A stretch of 33,613 bases of DNA, taken from positions 1 through 33,613 of IMG/VR virus record IMGVR_UViG_3300011335_000039, one strand, 5' to 3'. A program made the translations under genes and the position numbers. Shown here one piece after another: positions 1-10,242 of this stretch. Position 1 is the first letter of the stretch, and each line of letters opens with the position of its first letter. The notes beneath the pieces were generated by a model that did no database searches, had not been told where the DNA came from, and saw only the letters and a program-made list of their open reading frames with translations. Source of the stretch: a virus. Taxonomy: Duplodnaviria; Caudoviricetes.

Positions 1-127
1 CAATCTTGGGCGCAGAAGGTTCAGGAAGCGAAGGCAGAACTGCCCGATTTTGATGATTTGGTCGCATCTAGTGACGTAGTTGTAAACAACGCAGTCAGGG
101 ATGCAATTCTGGAGAGTGATGTGGGGC
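1..127. repeat. Terminal direct repeat, copy 1 (127 bp, identical to 33487-33613); circular assembly overlap
   Basis: caatcttgggcgcag...gatgtggggc is present at both ends. It lies inside a gene whose frame continues across the join. Confidence 0.97.
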
Positions 128-411
128 CTAAAATCCTCTATCACCTAGCTGAAAACAATGACCTAGCCAAAAAGATCGCCAGCTTGAGTCCAAATGCCGC
201 GCTTAGAGAGATAGGAAAACTAGAAGCAAGGTTTGAGGTTAATCCTGAGACTAAGCAGACAGCCCCTGTTGTTAGAAGTAAAGCACCAGCACCGATTCAA
301 CCGATTCGTGGTGGGCAAGGCAAGGCTGATGTACCGATTTCCGCTGATGGCGAATTTCATGGTTCATATCAGGCTTGGAAAGCCGCCAGAAAATCGGGGA
401 AAATTCGGTAA
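1..411 (+). CDS. Capsid scaffolding protein, 3' part
   Basis: Frame 1 is open from base 1 to TAA at 411 (...SDVGPKILYHLA...APAPIQPI...YQAWKAAR). Directly upstream of the coat gene. Confidence 0.85.
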   Translation, partial: QSWAQKVQEAKAELPDFDDLVASSDVVVNNAVRDAILESDVGPKILYHLAENNDLAKKIASLSPNAALREIGKLEARFEVNPETKQTAPVVRSKAPAPIQPIRGGQGKADVPISADGEFHGSYQAWKAARKSGKIR

Positions 412-435
412 ACCTAATCTTTTTGGAGTTTAAAA

Positions 436-1674
436 ATGGCTAATAATTTATTGACGATCAGCAAGATCACAAATGAGGCCTTAATGGTCTTGGAAAATGA
501 GTTGACTTTCACAAGCGAAGTTGACCGCAACTATGATGACCAATTCGCGGTTGTCGGTGCAAAGATTGGTAACACAGTCAATGTCCGCAAACCCGGTCGC
601 TTTATTGGTACGACAGGCCCCGCGTTGAATGTGGAAGATTTTAACGAGACTTCAGTTCCCGTTACATTGTCAACACAATTCCATGTGGACACACAATTTA
701 CTACGCAAGATTTGGCCCTATCTTTGGATATGTTCTCTGACCGCGTGTTGAAACCCGCTATTGCGGCTATTGCCAACAAGATTGACCGTGACGGTATGTC
801 TATGGCTACCTTGCAAACTGCCAACATCGTTGGTACTGCTGGAACACCGCCTACAGGCTTGATCACATATCTGACTGCTGGCGCATATCTTGACTCTGAA
901 GGCGCACCCCGTGACGGTCGCAGATCATGTATCGTTGAGCCTTTCACATCAGCAACCATTGTTGATAGCTTGAAGGGTTTGTTCGTTCCCTCTGACCGTA
1001 TTGGTACACAGTACGAAAAAGGTCTGATGGGTCGTGACTCTGCTGGCATGAATTGGAAGATGGATCAGAACGTGGTAAGCCAAACCTTTGGCTCATTCGC
1101 GGGAACTGCTGTCTGTTCAACTACTGCCGCTTCTGGCTTCCTGACTTCTGGTTGGGCATCCTCTAGCACCATCACTTTGACCGCTACTGGTACGGTTTCC
1201 CTTAACGCTGGCGATGTATTCCAAATCGCTGGTGTTTATGCGGTTAACCCCCAGAACCGTCAAGCCTACGGCACTAACAAACTGCGTAATTTCGTGGTTA
1301 AGACTGCCGTTGCCGCTACTGATGGCACTATGTCTGTTGTTGTTAGCCCTGCTGTGATTACCGCTGGTCAATTCCAGAACGTGTCAATCCCAACAACTAG
1401 CACCACAGCCGCCATTACGTTCTTTAACAAGACGGGTACTGTTTCCCCACAAAACATCATCATGCACCGTAATGCGTTTACGCTGGCCGTGGCTGATCTT
1501 GAATTGCCAGAGGGTGTCCACTTTGCTGGTCGCGCTTCTGATAAGGAAATCGGCCTGTCCATGCGTGTGGTTCGTCAATATACAATTAACAACGATTCCA
1601 TCCCAACACGTTTGGACGTTTTGTATGGTTGGGCCCCACTCTACCCAGAGTTGGCTTGCCGCGTAGCCGCCTAA
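436..1674 (+). CDS. Major capsid protein, P22 coat (gp5)-like
   Basis: 412 aa. MANNLLT...EALMVLEN, KIGNTVNVRKP and RLDVLYGW motifs. GGAG SD. Follows the scaffold gene. Confidence 0.92.
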   Translation: MANNLLTISKITNEALMVLENELTFTSEVDRNYDDQFAVVGAKIGNTVNVRKPGRFIGTTGPALNVEDFNETSVPVTLSTQFHVDTQFTTQDLALSLDMFSDRVLKPAIAAIANKIDRDGMSMATLQTANIVGTAGTPPTGLITYLTAGAYLDSEGAPRDGRRSCIVEPFTSATIVDSLKGLFVPSDRIGTQYEKGLMGRDSAGMNWKMDQNVVSQTFGSFAGTAVCSTTAASGFLTSGWASSSTITLTATGTVSLNAGDVFQIAGVYAVNPQNRQAYGTNKLRNFVVKTAVAATDGTMSVVVSPAVITAGQFQNVSIPTTSTTAAITFFNKTGTVSPQNIIMHRNAFTLAVADLELPEGVHFAGRASDKEIGLSMRVVRQYTINNDSIPTRLDVLYGWAPLYPELACRVAA

Positions 1675-1681
1675 TGGTCTA

Positions 1682-1702
1682 GGAGGGGCTAATCACCCCT
1701 CC
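1682..1702 (+). other. GC-rich hairpin after the coat gene (weak terminator or mRNA stabiliser)
   Basis: ggagggg-ctaatca-cccctcc; poor U-tract. Confidence 0.5.
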
Positions 1703-1732
1703 AGTTCTAAACTTAATTTAAGGAAACATATC

Positions 1733-2164
1733 ATGGCAAATCCCGGCCCATCAAGTACCACAACGATTCACCCATCTAATTTGGCAACAAATCAGGCAAT
1801 CCGCTTATTGGCTTACGCCAGCGGTGTGCCTATCAGCCAAACGGGTGATTCTTCTGTAACTCTCCCTATCAACAACACCACTTCCTATTCTGTCCAGAAC
1901 GTGGCTATCACCAACGCTAACAAAGACGTTAGTTCTGGTGCATTGGCTATCTGGACATTGCCCGGTGGTGCTGGTACAGAGATCGTCAGCAATGCCGCAT
2001 TGACAGGCAACACATCTTCTGCATTTGTGACTAACTCAACCGTTGTCTCAACTACAAAGACTGCCAATATTTCGGCTCAAACCCTTTATGTAAAAGTTGG
2101 CACAGCCGTTTCAGGCGGTACTGTTGACATTTTCGTTTACGGTTACGACTTCTCCGAGTTTTAA
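1733..2164 (+). CDS. Putative virion/head decoration protein
   Basis: 143 aa, beta-rich and S/T/A/G-rich. AAGGA SD. Lies between the coat gene and a terminator. Confidence 0.6.
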   Translation: MANPGPSSTTTIHPSNLATNQAIRLLAYASGVPISQTGDSSVTLPINNTTSYSVQNVAITNANKDVSSGALAIWTLPGGAGTEIVSNAALTGNTSSAFVTNSTVVSTTKTANISAQTLYVKVGTAVSGGTVDIFVYGYDFSEF

Positions 2165-2182
2165 TCGGGGATAAAAGAGAAG

Positions 2183-2220
2183 AAAGCCACTCTGTCAAAG
2201 GGGTGGCTTTTTCTTTATTT
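2183..2220 (+). terminator. Rho-independent terminator
   Basis: aaagccactc-tgtcaaa-ggggtggcttt followed by ttctttattt. Confidence 0.8.
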
Positions 2221-2256
2221 GGCGTTACAATTTAATCATTCTCTAAAGGAATCATC

Positions 2257-2583
2257 ATGGCTCTCCAAACGACAATTTTGCGTGGAAACATCTCCAACGC
2301 ATTCGTTATGGGTGTGACTTTTACAGCCACAACCGTTGCTACTTCTGGCGCATCTAAAACTGTTACCGTTGCTGGCTTAAAGGTCGGTGATGCAATTAAA
2401 GTTAGTCTCCCTGCGGCTCAAACAACTGGCGTTGCTGTTGCAAATGCTTATGTTTCTGCGGCTGACACTTTGATTGTTCAGTTTATCAATGCAACAGGCT
2501 CAAGCGCTTCTGCCGCGGCTGGTACTTACACCGTGGTTGTGGATCGTCCTGAGTATTTGCCCCTTGATTCAAACGCTGTTTAA
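2257..2583 (+). CDS. Putative virion structural protein
   Basis: 108 aa, beta-rich (TVTVAGLKVGD...AYVSAADTL). AAGGA SD. Confidence 0.6.
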   Translation: MALQTTILRGNISNAFVMGVTFTATTVATSGASKTVTVAGLKVGDAIKVSLPAAQTTGVAVANAYVSAADTLIVQFINATGSSASAAAGTYTVVVDRPEYLPLDSNAV

Positions 2584-2585
2584 TC

Positions 2586-2933
2586 ATGTCTAATACAACG
2601 GTTTTACGCCCTGTTGGGGTCACGGTTGCCATTTCGGTAACTGCGTCCTCTACCATTGCTATTCCGATTACTGCAAGCACAAATGACCAAGTTAACTACG
2701 CTTCTTTCATCAACACGGGTGCTACCTATGTTGCTGTCAGCATTGGCGATGCTAACGTGGGTGCGGCTGTCTTGCCCGTAAGCGGCTCAACCACAGGGAA
2801 CTTTGTGTTACCCGCCTCTATGACAGTTCCAATTGTCTTGGCAGTACCCGCAAGTCCCTATTACGTCCGCATGATTGGTTCAGCCTCTGGCCCATCAATC
2901 GTTTATGTGACCCCTGTTGGCGATCAAAGCTAA
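2586..2933 (+). CDS. Putative virion structural protein
   Basis: 115 aa, beta-rich, tightly packed in the structural cluster. Confidence 0.55.
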   Translation: MSNTTVLRPVGVTVAISVTASSTIAIPITASTNDQVNYASFINTGATYVAVSIGDANVGAAVLPVSGSTTGNFVLPASMTVPIVLAVPASPYYVRMIGSASGPSIVYVTPVGDQS

Positions 2934-2945
2934 AGGAAAAAACCC

Positions 2946-3503
2946 ATGTCAAGCGCTAATTCTGTTGCATATACATCATCTACAAATCTTGTCCCTGTGC
3001 AAGCTGAATTCAATTCAGCGGGCGTTTGCGTGGGTTTGGTCGGGCCGGGCGGGGCATACTTCAGCCCCCCTCTGGCTAACGACACAATCACAGGCGCAAC
3101 CATTGACAGTTCTGTCATTGGCGGCACAACCCCTGCGGCTGTAACTGGAACAACAATTTATTCCTCAAGCGAAATTGGCTACAACGCCTCTGCTCAAGGA
3201 ACTGTTACCCAAGCCACAAGCAAATCAACTGGCGTGACTTTGAACAAGTCTGCTGGTCAAATTACCATGAATGCCGCTTCATTGGCGGCTGGCACAACGG
3301 TTTTGTTTACTTTGACAAACAGCACTTTGTCTGCCAAAGACGTTTTGATTGTGAATGTGGGTAGTGGTGGAACGTCAGGCGCTTATTGGCCTTACGTTGC
3401 TAACGTAGGCGCTGGAACTGCCGTGATTGGTGTTTACAACAATACTGCTAGTCCATTGGCTGAAGCCATCGTAATCAATTACGCAATCATTCACGGTGCA
3501 TAA
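2946..3503 (+). CDS. Putative short fiber/spike protein
   Basis: 185 aa with GTVTQATSKSTGVTLNK..GQITM. N-terminus resembles that of the next gene. Confidence 0.6.
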   Translation: MSSANSVAYTSSTNLVPVQAEFNSAGVCVGLVGPGGAYFSPPLANDTITGATIDSSVIGGTTPAAVTGTTIYSSSEIGYNASAQGTVTQATSKSTGVTLNKSAGQITMNAASLAAGTTVLFTLTNSTLSAKDVLIVNVGSGGTSGAYWPYVANVGAGTAVIGVYNNTASPLAEAIVINYAIIHGA

Positions 3504-3506
3504 ACC

Positions 3507-5348
3507 ATGACAAGCCCATCAAACTCAGACGTTCAGAATTTATTGCCTGTTCAGGCTTATTTTTCTGTTGATGGCGCATTTCAGACTTTTATTGGTCAGG
3601 GTCAACCGTTTTATGCCTCTGTAAATCCTAGCCAATCTGGTTTAAACATTACAAACAGCACGATCAATAGCACGACTATTGGTGCGACAACTCCATCCTC
3701 TGCGGCTTTTACGACTGCAACAGTTTCAACAGCCCCAACAAGCGGAAATGATGTTGTTAACAAGACATATCTTGACTACTTTGCGGCTGGTTTATCATGG
3801 AAACAGCCAGTTCTTTGTGGGACAACTACAAACATAACGCTTTCAGGCTTGCAAACGCTTGATGGTGTGACGGTTATTGCGGGTGACAGAGTTTTGGTTA
3901 AAAGCCAAACTACAACATCACAAAACGGCATTTATTTAGCTTCTGCTACGGCATGGTCAAGAGCGCCTGATGCTGACACATGGAACGAATTGATTTCTGC
4001 AATTTGTTTTGTAGAAAGTGGAAGCACGTTGGCGGGTTCTGCGTGGTATTGCACAGCACAGCCGGGCGGCACTCTTGGCACAACCGCAGTCAATTGGTCT
4101 AACTTTTCTGTTTCAGCAACTTATACCGCTGGCACAGGACTGACACTTGCTAGTTACGTTTTTAGCATCACAAACACAGGCGTTTCTGCTGGTGCTTACG
4201 GTTCAGCTTCTAAGACGTTAACAGCGACTGTCAATGCTCAAGGACAGTTAACCGTGTTGGCGGCTTCTGACATTGCAATTGCAAACACTCAAGTTTCAGG
4301 CTTGGGAACAATGTCCACTCAAGCGGCATCTAGCGTTGCAATTACTGGTGGCACGATCAACGGCACAGCAATTGGCGGCACAACTGCCGCGGCTGTCAAT
4401 GCAACCACATTTACAGGCGCAGGGACGGGCTTAACGGGTACTGCAACAAGTTTATCCATTGGTGGCAATGCCGCCACAGCCACAAGCGCTACAACGGCTA
4501 CAAACCTTGCTGGCGGTGCGGCTGGCTCAGTTCCTTATCAGACGGCAAGTGGCACAACCATATTGCTTGCGGCTGGAACTGACGGTTATGTGTTGAAGCT
4601 AGCTTCAGGGCTACCCACTTGGGCGGCTTCTACATCAGGAACGGTGACTTCTGTCAGCGGTACGGGGACGGTATCTGGAATCAGTTTGTCAGGAACTGTG
4701 ACAAGTTCAGGTAGTCTGACATTGGGTGGAACGCTTGATTTATCTGCGCCCCCCGCTATTGGTGGAACAACTGCTAACACGATCACAGGCACAACGATTA
4801 CGGCAAACACAAAGTTTGTCGGTACTAATTTTGATGCGTCTGGTTCTGGCGGTGGTGCTTTAAGAACTTCTAGTTCAGCTTCTGTTTTGCAATGGGGTGC
4901 TGGCGGTGGTGTTAACTTGACGCTTGATGGCGCATTTAACATGAATCCCGCTAATGCAACTATTTCTATTGCCCCAACAGGCACAGGAACGCTGACGGTT
5001 AACCCTGCAACTGCGGGAACAATGAACAATGTGGCAATTGGTGGCTCAACCCCATTAGCGGGTGCGTTTACCACTTTGTCAGCTAATTCAACAGTTTCTG
5101 TGAATGGTTCTGTTGGCACAAATGGACAAGTTTTGACTTCTGCGGGTGCTGGTTCTCCCGCTGTTTGGTCAAGCCCTGCGGGTGGCATTACGATTGCTGA
5201 CGATACAACCACAAATGCCACACGTTATTTGGTGTTTACAAGCGCCACATCAGGTTCTGTTACCACACAAAACGTAAGTTCCACAAAACTTAAATACAAC
5301 CCAAGCACAGGCGCTTTTACCGCCAATCAGCTAATCATTGCACCGTAA
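3507..5348 (+). CDS. Long fiber protein
   Basis: 613 aa, T/S/G/A-rich. Contains NKTYLD, LSGLQTLDGV...GDRVLVKSQ...NGIY...WSRA.DAD and a C-terminal KLKYNPSTG, all fiber-like motifs. Confidence 0.78.
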   Translation: MTSPSNSDVQNLLPVQAYFSVDGAFQTFIGQGQPFYASVNPSQSGLNITNSTINSTTIGATTPSSAAFTTATVSTAPTSGNDVVNKTYLDYFAAGLSWKQPVLCGTTTNITLSGLQTLDGVTVIAGDRVLVKSQTTTSQNGIYLASATAWSRAPDADTWNELISAICFVESGSTLAGSAWYCTAQPGGTLGTTAVNWSNFSVSATYTAGTGLTLASYVFSITNTGVSAGAYGSASKTLTATVNAQGQLTVLAASDIAIANTQVSGLGTMSTQAASSVAITGGTINGTAIGGTTAAAVNATTFTGAGTGLTGTATSLSIGGNAATATSATTATNLAGGAAGSVPYQTASGTTILLAAGTDGYVLKLASGLPTWAASTSGTVTSVSGTGTVSGISLSGTVTSSGSLTLGGTLDLSAPPAIGGTTANTITGTTITANTKFVGTNFDASGSGGGALRTSSSASVLQWGAGGGVNLTLDGAFNMNPANATISIAPTGTGTLTVNPATAGTMNNVAIGGSTPLAGAFTTLSANSTVSVNGSVGTNGQVLTSAGAGSPAVWSSPAGGITIADDTTTNATRYLVFTSATSGSVTTQNVSSTKLKYNPSTGAFTANQLIIAP

Positions 5349-5357
5349 AGGAAAATC

Positions 5358-6389
5358 ATGGGACAGTTAACTTTTCAAGCAACACTAGGCGGGGCGGTCA
5401 ACTTGGCTGGCCCAAATACTGCCGCCACAACTACTTTTACTTTGCCAGCGGCTGATGGGACAAGCGGTCAATTTTTATCTACAAATGGTAGTGGAACATT
5501 GAGTTTTGCTTCTCCATCAGCGCAGACTTATCCGGGCGCGGGGATCGCAAACTCTACTGGTTCTGCGTGGGGTACTAGCTACACAACTACTGGAACAGGA
5601 ACGGTCTTGGCTTTGGCAACTAGCCCTGTTCTTGTTACACCTAATCTTGGTACTCCCTCAGCGGCAGTTTTGACTAGCGCAACTGGTCTGCCTTTAACTA
5701 CTGGCGTTACAGGAACATTGCCTGTAGCCAATGGCGGTACTGGTGCGGCAACTTTAACGACAAACAATGTTTTGTTGGGAAATGGCACATCTGCTTTACA
5801 AACAATAGCCCCAAGCACAGCGGGCAATGTTTTAACGTCTAACGGTACAACTTGGGCAAGTACCGCCCCATCTGGCGGTGGTTCTTGGACTTATTTATCA
5901 ACTGTAAATGTATCAAATACTGCGTTTGGTGATGTAGAAACAACTTTTGACTCTACTTATGATATGTATGTGATTATTGGAAATAATATTATTTCAGCCA
6001 ACGGTCAAAATATATCTATGGATTGTCGTTTAAAAATTGATGGCTCATATAAAACAACAGGATATTTATCAATAGCAACTTCAGTAAATTCTGCTGAAAC
6101 ACAAGTGAATTTGAAAAATACAGCCGCCATTCAAATGTTTACTACTACAACTGCTTATGTTTCAAGTCGTTTTTCTTCTTTTGTGATGTATGTTCCATCA
6201 CCATCAATTAGTCAACAACAAAGAGTTTTTGGAAGTTGCACTTCAAGTAGCGATGCGGGGGACGCATACACATCAACTTTTTCGGGAATTTATACAACAG
6301 CGGGTGTTAACACTGGCGTAAGAATAAAATTTGCTGGAAATAATAGTTGGAATGGTAATTTGCGTCTTTACGGCATTAAAAACAGTTAA
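5358..6389 (+). CDS. Fiber protein with a distinct C-terminal (receptor-binding?) domain
   Basis: 343 aa with TLPAADGTSGQFLSTNGSG, GTLPVANGGTG and GNVLTSNGTTW. The 3' domain is AT-richer and ends LRLYGIK. Confidence 0.75.
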   Translation: MGQLTFQATLGGAVNLAGPNTAATTTFTLPAADGTSGQFLSTNGSGTLSFASPSAQTYPGAGIANSTGSAWGTSYTTTGTGTVLALATSPVLVTPNLGTPSAAVLTSATGLPLTTGVTGTLPVANGGTGAATLTTNNVLLGNGTSALQTIAPSTAGNVLTSNGTTWASTAPSGGGSWTYLSTVNVSNTAFGDVETTFDSTYDMYVIIGNNIISANGQNISMDCRLKIDGSYKTTGYLSIATSVNSAETQVNLKNTAAIQMFTTTTAYVSSRFSSFVMYVPSPSISQQQRVFGSCTSSSDAGDAYTSTFSGIYTTAGVNTGVRIKFAGNNSWNGNLRLYGIKNS

Positions 6390-6397
6390 GGAATATT

Positions 6398-6682
6398 ATG
6401 ACAAGATATAAATCAACCTCTGAAGGGCGTTTTCCGCTGACTGCTGAAGAAGAAGCCCAATGTGATGCTGAAGAAGCTGAATATGCGGCTGGTGCTAATT
6501 CCCGTAAAGCCGCTGAAGTTCGTAAAGAACGAAATGCAAAATTAGCCGCAACAGATTGGACTCAAGCCGCTGATGTGCCACAAGCTGTCAAAGACAGTTA
6601 TGTTTCGTATCGTCAAGCATTGCGGGATGTGCCATCACAGTCTGGATTTCCAAATGAAATTGTTTGGCCCACTCAGCCATGA
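6398..6682 (+). CDS. Tail fiber assembly chaperone-like protein
   Basis: VRKERNAKLAATDWTQ..D...YRQALRDVP.Q.GFP..I.WP motif, directly after a fiber gene. Confidence 0.8.
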   Translation: MTRYKSTSEGRFPLTAEEEAQCDAEEAEYAAGANSRKAAEVRKERNAKLAATDWTQAADVPQAVKDSYVSYRQALRDVPSQSGFPNEIVWPTQP

Positions 6683-6990
6683 GATTTATTTGGAAAATTC
6701 TTGAATTGAAAGGTGATGACAAAGCTATTGTTCAGGCTAAGTATCTACTTTCATTGATCGAGGATGATCTAAGAATTGAAACAGAAGGCTATTGGGATTT
6801 TGATGCTAAACAGGCAACAACCCCAACAGCCCAAGTGACTGAGGAAATGGTTATAAATTGGATTGATCAAGGCACTACCCAAGATGGGGTAAGTAGCATA
6901 AAATCAAGGCTAATAGAGCAACTTGAAGCGGTAAAAAAACAGCAAGAAATTGCTTTGCCTTGGAAGCCGCCCACATTTAGATTAAGTTAA
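6679..6990 (+). CDS. Hypothetical phage protein (fiber-associated)
   Basis: ATGA overlap gives a start at 6679. VTEEMVINWI and LPW motifs. Confidence 0.6.
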   Translation: MRFIWKILELKGDDKAIVQAKYLLSLIEDDLRIETEGYWDFDAKQATTPTAQVTEEMVINWIDQGTTQDGVSSIKSRLIEQLEAVKKQQEIALPWKPPTFRLS

Positions 6991-6999
6991 GGAATCACT

Positions 7000-7980
7000 A
7001 TGGCTGTGCCTTATGACATTGTTAGCAGAGCGCTAAAAGACATTGGTGCATTGGAAGCTGGTGAAACTCCTACTCCAGACGCGGCATTAGATGCGTTTGA
7101 GATGATGAATGACATGATTGACCAATGGTCAAACGAAAACATGATGGTTTTCAATGTCACAGAAATTATTTGCCCTGTTATTTCTGGTCAAACGCAATAC
7201 ACGATTGGCCCTAACCCCTCAACTTTGAATTTTATTGGCGCTTCTTTTACAGGCTCAATATCTGGCAATGTTTTGACCGTGACGGGTATTGCTTCAGGCG
7301 CTATTGCCCAAGGGCAAACTTTAAGTGGAACAGGCATTACAGCGGGAACAAAGATTACTCAGTTCTTGACGGGCGCTGGTGGCAATATCAATGAAGTTGG
7401 AACATACCAAGTCAATATTAACCAAACTGTTGCATCCACTTCAATCACGGCTTACTACCAAAAGCCTTTAAATATTGATTCAGCGTTTGTTAGGGTAAAC
7501 ACTACGTCTAATGGTCAGCCCATTACGGGTGGTGGTTTGGACTATCCAATGTCAGTTTTGGCTCTCCAAGATTACGAAATGATTGGATTAAAAACGCTGA
7601 GTGGCCCGTGGCCCAAGGCGGTTTACTTCAACGCTGGATCAGATTCGGGCAATTTGTTTATCTGGCCTAGCCCCTCACAGGGCGAACTTCACTTGTTTGC
7701 TAACACCTTGTTTAGCCGCTATGACTCAATGTATGAGGACTTACAGCTTCCACAAGGTTATTCAATGTGCCTCAGATGGTGTTTGGCAGAGCGTTTGATG
7801 CCTATGTATGGCAAAGCCTCACCAACGCAAATAACGATGATTCAGACGTTTGCAGGGCAAGCAAAAGCTACCCTGAAGCGCACCAATATGAGTCCGCTAC
7901 AAACTGCACGTTATCCTGATGCTTTGCTGACGGGTAGGGCAAAGGATGCGGGCTGGATTCTTACTGGCGGCTTTATTTAA
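7000..7980 (+). CDS. Head-to-tail adaptor, P22 gp4-like, with an inserted beta domain
   Basis: [19 protein letters not shown]...MNDMIDQW N-terminus and LPQGY...[12 protein letters not shown]-terminus. Precedes the gp10-like gene. Confidence 0.75.
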   Translation: MAVPYDIVSRALKDIGALEAGETPTPDAALDAFEMMNDMIDQWSNENMMVFNVTEIICPVISGQTQYTIGPNPSTLNFIGASFTGSISGNVLTVTGIASGAIAQGQTLSGTGITAGTKITQFLTGAGGNINEVGTYQVNINQTVASTSITAYYQKPLNIDSAFVRVNTTSNGQPITGGGLDYPMSVLALQDYEMIGLKTLSGPWPKAVYFNAGSDSGNLFIWPSPSQGELHLFANTLFSRYDSMYEDLQLPQGYSMCLRWCLAERLMPMYGKASPTQITMIQTFAGQAKATLKRTNMSPLQTARYPDALLTGRAKDAGWILTGGFI

Positions 7981-7989
7981 GGGGCTACC

Positions 7990-9990
7990 ATGCCAGATTT
8001 TGGTTTTGTTGGCGCATCATACGAAGCACCTAGTATCTATCAAGATGCTCAGGAGTGCATCAATTTCTTTCCTGAAGTTGACCCTGTAAAGCAACAAGGT
8101 GAGCGCGGGGTAATTGCGCTTTATCCTACACCGGGTCTAACCCTCAAAGCCTTATTGTCCAACCAACAAGAAGTTCGTGGGCTTCACGCGGTTTCTGGTG
8201 GTGAGCAATTGATTGCGGTTTGTGGCTCTTACGTTTATGCTTTAAGCGCTAATCTTGTTCCCGCAGTTATTGGGCAACTTAATTCCAGTTCTGGAATAGT
8301 TCGGATTACTGACAACGGCATCAATGTTTATATTGTTGACGGTGCTTATCGTTACACATGGTACATATCAAGCCCTGCGTCTGCTGTGTTTTATGGCTCA
8401 ACAAGCGGCACAACATTGACTGTAACGGGCGTTTCTAGTGGCACGATTGCTATTGGACAATCGTTGTTTGGTATAGATGTTTTGGCAGAAACCGTCATTA
8501 CTGCGCTTGGCACAGGAACTGGCGGCACAGGAACATACACAATCAACAGAAGTCAAACCGTAGTAGCTGAGTCAATGAATTCTGCCGCTGTTGGTGCGGT
8601 GGTAACTGCTACCATAGCAACCACAGTTTTAACTGTTTCTGCGGTCACATCAGGCGTTTTGCACGTTGGCATGACCATTCAAGGCGCTGGCGTTACCCTT
8701 GGCACAATCATCACGGCTTTGGGAACTGGCTCTGGTGGAATTGGAACTTACACGTTAAGCGTGGCAAGCACAGTAGCCGCGGGCGTGACCATGTACGGTT
8801 TGAACTTTTCTGTTTTGCCATCTACTGACGGTGCTTTTAGCGGTGCAAACACGGTTGACATTATTGACAACTACTTTGTCTATAACAACCCTACAACGCA
8901 ACAATGGGGCGCTAGTGATCTTCTTTCACCAATTTCACCCAATACTAGCTATTCATTAAAAGATGGCGCACCAGACGATTTGGTGGCTTTGATTGTTGAC
9001 CATCGTGAAGTTTATTTAATGGGGGAAATTTCCTCAGAGGTGTGGACGGACGTTGGAACTGTGCCTTTCCCATTCCAAAGAATACCGGGGACTTCTACCC
9101 AACACGGGATTGCCGCACCATTTTCTCTTTATCGCCTTGGTAACTCATTTGCGTATGTTTCACGAAACAACCGTGGGCAAGCGCAGATCATGCAAATGCA
9201 GGGCTATCTGCCACAACGCATTTCCACTCATGCTGTAGAGAACACTTTAGCCAATCAATACGTTGGTGATGCTGTAGCGTGGACTTACCAGCTTGAGGGT
9301 CACGAGGTTTATGTTGTCACTTTTCCATCACTTCAATTGACATGGGCTTATGACGCAACCACAGCGTTATGGCATAAATGGCTTTACACGGCTACTGATG
9401 GAACTTATCAGCGTCACCGTGGCAATTGCTGTGCTGTGTTTCAAGGTTTAGTCATTGTTGGAGACTATCAAAATGGCAAACTTTACGAATTAGACAAAAC
9501 CAATTACACAGACGATGGTCAAAATATTCGCAGATTGCGTAGAGCGCCTCATTTGGTGACTGAGTTTCAGAGGCAGTATTTTGATGAGTTACAGATTCAG
9601 TTTCAGCCGGGCGTGGGGACTACAGGCACATCTGGCGCTTCACAAGTAACAAACGAAAACACAGTCTATTTGGGAAACACATATACAATTACGCCAAGTG
9701 CTACTTTGACGATTGAGCCTGAAAAGACTTACATTTTGGCGACTCAACAACCGGTAATTACTACAACCACAAATAACCCTCAAGCAATGCTTAGATGGTC
9801 AAGCGATGGTGGTTCTACATGGTCAAATGAGCATTGGACAGGCGTTGGTCAACTTGGTAAATATAGGAATCGTGCCATTTGGCGCAGATTGGGAACAGCG
9901 CGAGACAGAATTTTTGAAGTTTCGGTAAGCGATCCTGTCAATTTTGTCATTATTTCGGCAAATCTTAAAGTGCAAGGGGCAGAAAACTGA
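7990..9990 (+). CDS. Packaged-DNA stabilisation/tail hub protein, P22 gp10-like
   Basis: [30 protein letters not shown] and [12 protein letters not shown]...WRRLG..RDRIFE motifs. Confidence 0.88.
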   Translation: MPDFGFVGASYEAPSIYQDAQECINFFPEVDPVKQQGERGVIALYPTPGLTLKALLSNQQEVRGLHAVSGGEQLIAVCGSYVYALSANLVPAVIGQLNSSSGIVRITDNGINVYIVDGAYRYTWYISSPASAVFYGSTSGTTLTVTGVSSGTIAIGQSLFGIDVLAETVITALGTGTGGTGTYTINRSQTVVAESMNSAAVGAVVTATIATTVLTVSAVTSGVLHVGMTIQGAGVTLGTIITALGTGSGGIGTYTLSVASTVAAGVTMYGLNFSVLPSTDGAFSGANTVDIIDNYFVYNNPTTQQWGASDLLSPISPNTSYSLKDGAPDDLVALIVDHREVYLMGEISSEVWTDVGTVPFPFQRIPGTSTQHGIAAPFSLYRLGNSFAYVSRNNRGQAQIMQMQGYLPQRISTHAVENTLANQYVGDAVAWTYQLEGHEVYVVTFPSLQLTWAYDATTALWHKWLYTATDGTYQRHRGNCCAVFQGLVIVGDYQNGKLYELDKTNYTDDGQNIRRLRRAPHLVTEFQRQYFDELQIQFQPGVGTTGTSGASQVTNENTVYLGNTYTITPSATLTIEPEKTYILATQQPVITTTTNNPQAMLRWSSDGGSTWSNEHWTGVGQLGKYRNRAIWRRLGTARDRIFEVSVSDPVNFVIISANLKVQGAEN

Positions 9991-10229
9991 TGGCTACGTC
10001 TGGACTTTCAAGCACACAGCAAGTTAACCCTTATCCACAAGCACCGTTTTTGGATGGGACAACTAACCGCCCATCACGGTCGTGGCAACAGTTTTTTCTT
10101 AATTTGTTGAACTTCAGTTCTGCTACGACTGCTACGGCAGGGTCTGCAACGCTTCCAGCTAACCCTGTTGGGTTTATCAATGTCACAGTAAATGGTAAGG
10201 CGTACAAAGTGCCTTACTACAATGTTTGA
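9990..10229 (+). CDS. Small tail protein (gp26/needle position)
   Basis: 79 aa with P..PFLD...RPSRSWQQFF. Coupled to the gp10-like gene. Confidence 0.5.
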   Translation: MATSGLSSTQQVNPYPQAPFLDGTTNRPSRSWQQFFLNLLNFSSATTATAGSATLPANPVGFINVTVNGKAYKVPYYNV

Positions 10230-10242
10230 GAGAGCCTAAATC

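Noticed and set aside
531-1578. Antisense and alternative-frame ORFs within the coat gene, and similar ones at 4586-5221, 12874-13284, 14723-15049 and 32204-32647
   Set aside because: They are shadows of biased codon usage in strong genes, with no SD and no recognisable motifs.
1672-1735. Coat read-through or frameshift extension into the next gene
   Set aside because: No slippery heptamer; in-frame stops follow; the next gene has its own SD.
5358-6389. Diversity-generating retroelement target in the fiber C-terminus
   Set aside because: No reverse transcriptase gene and no template/variable repeat pair were seen.
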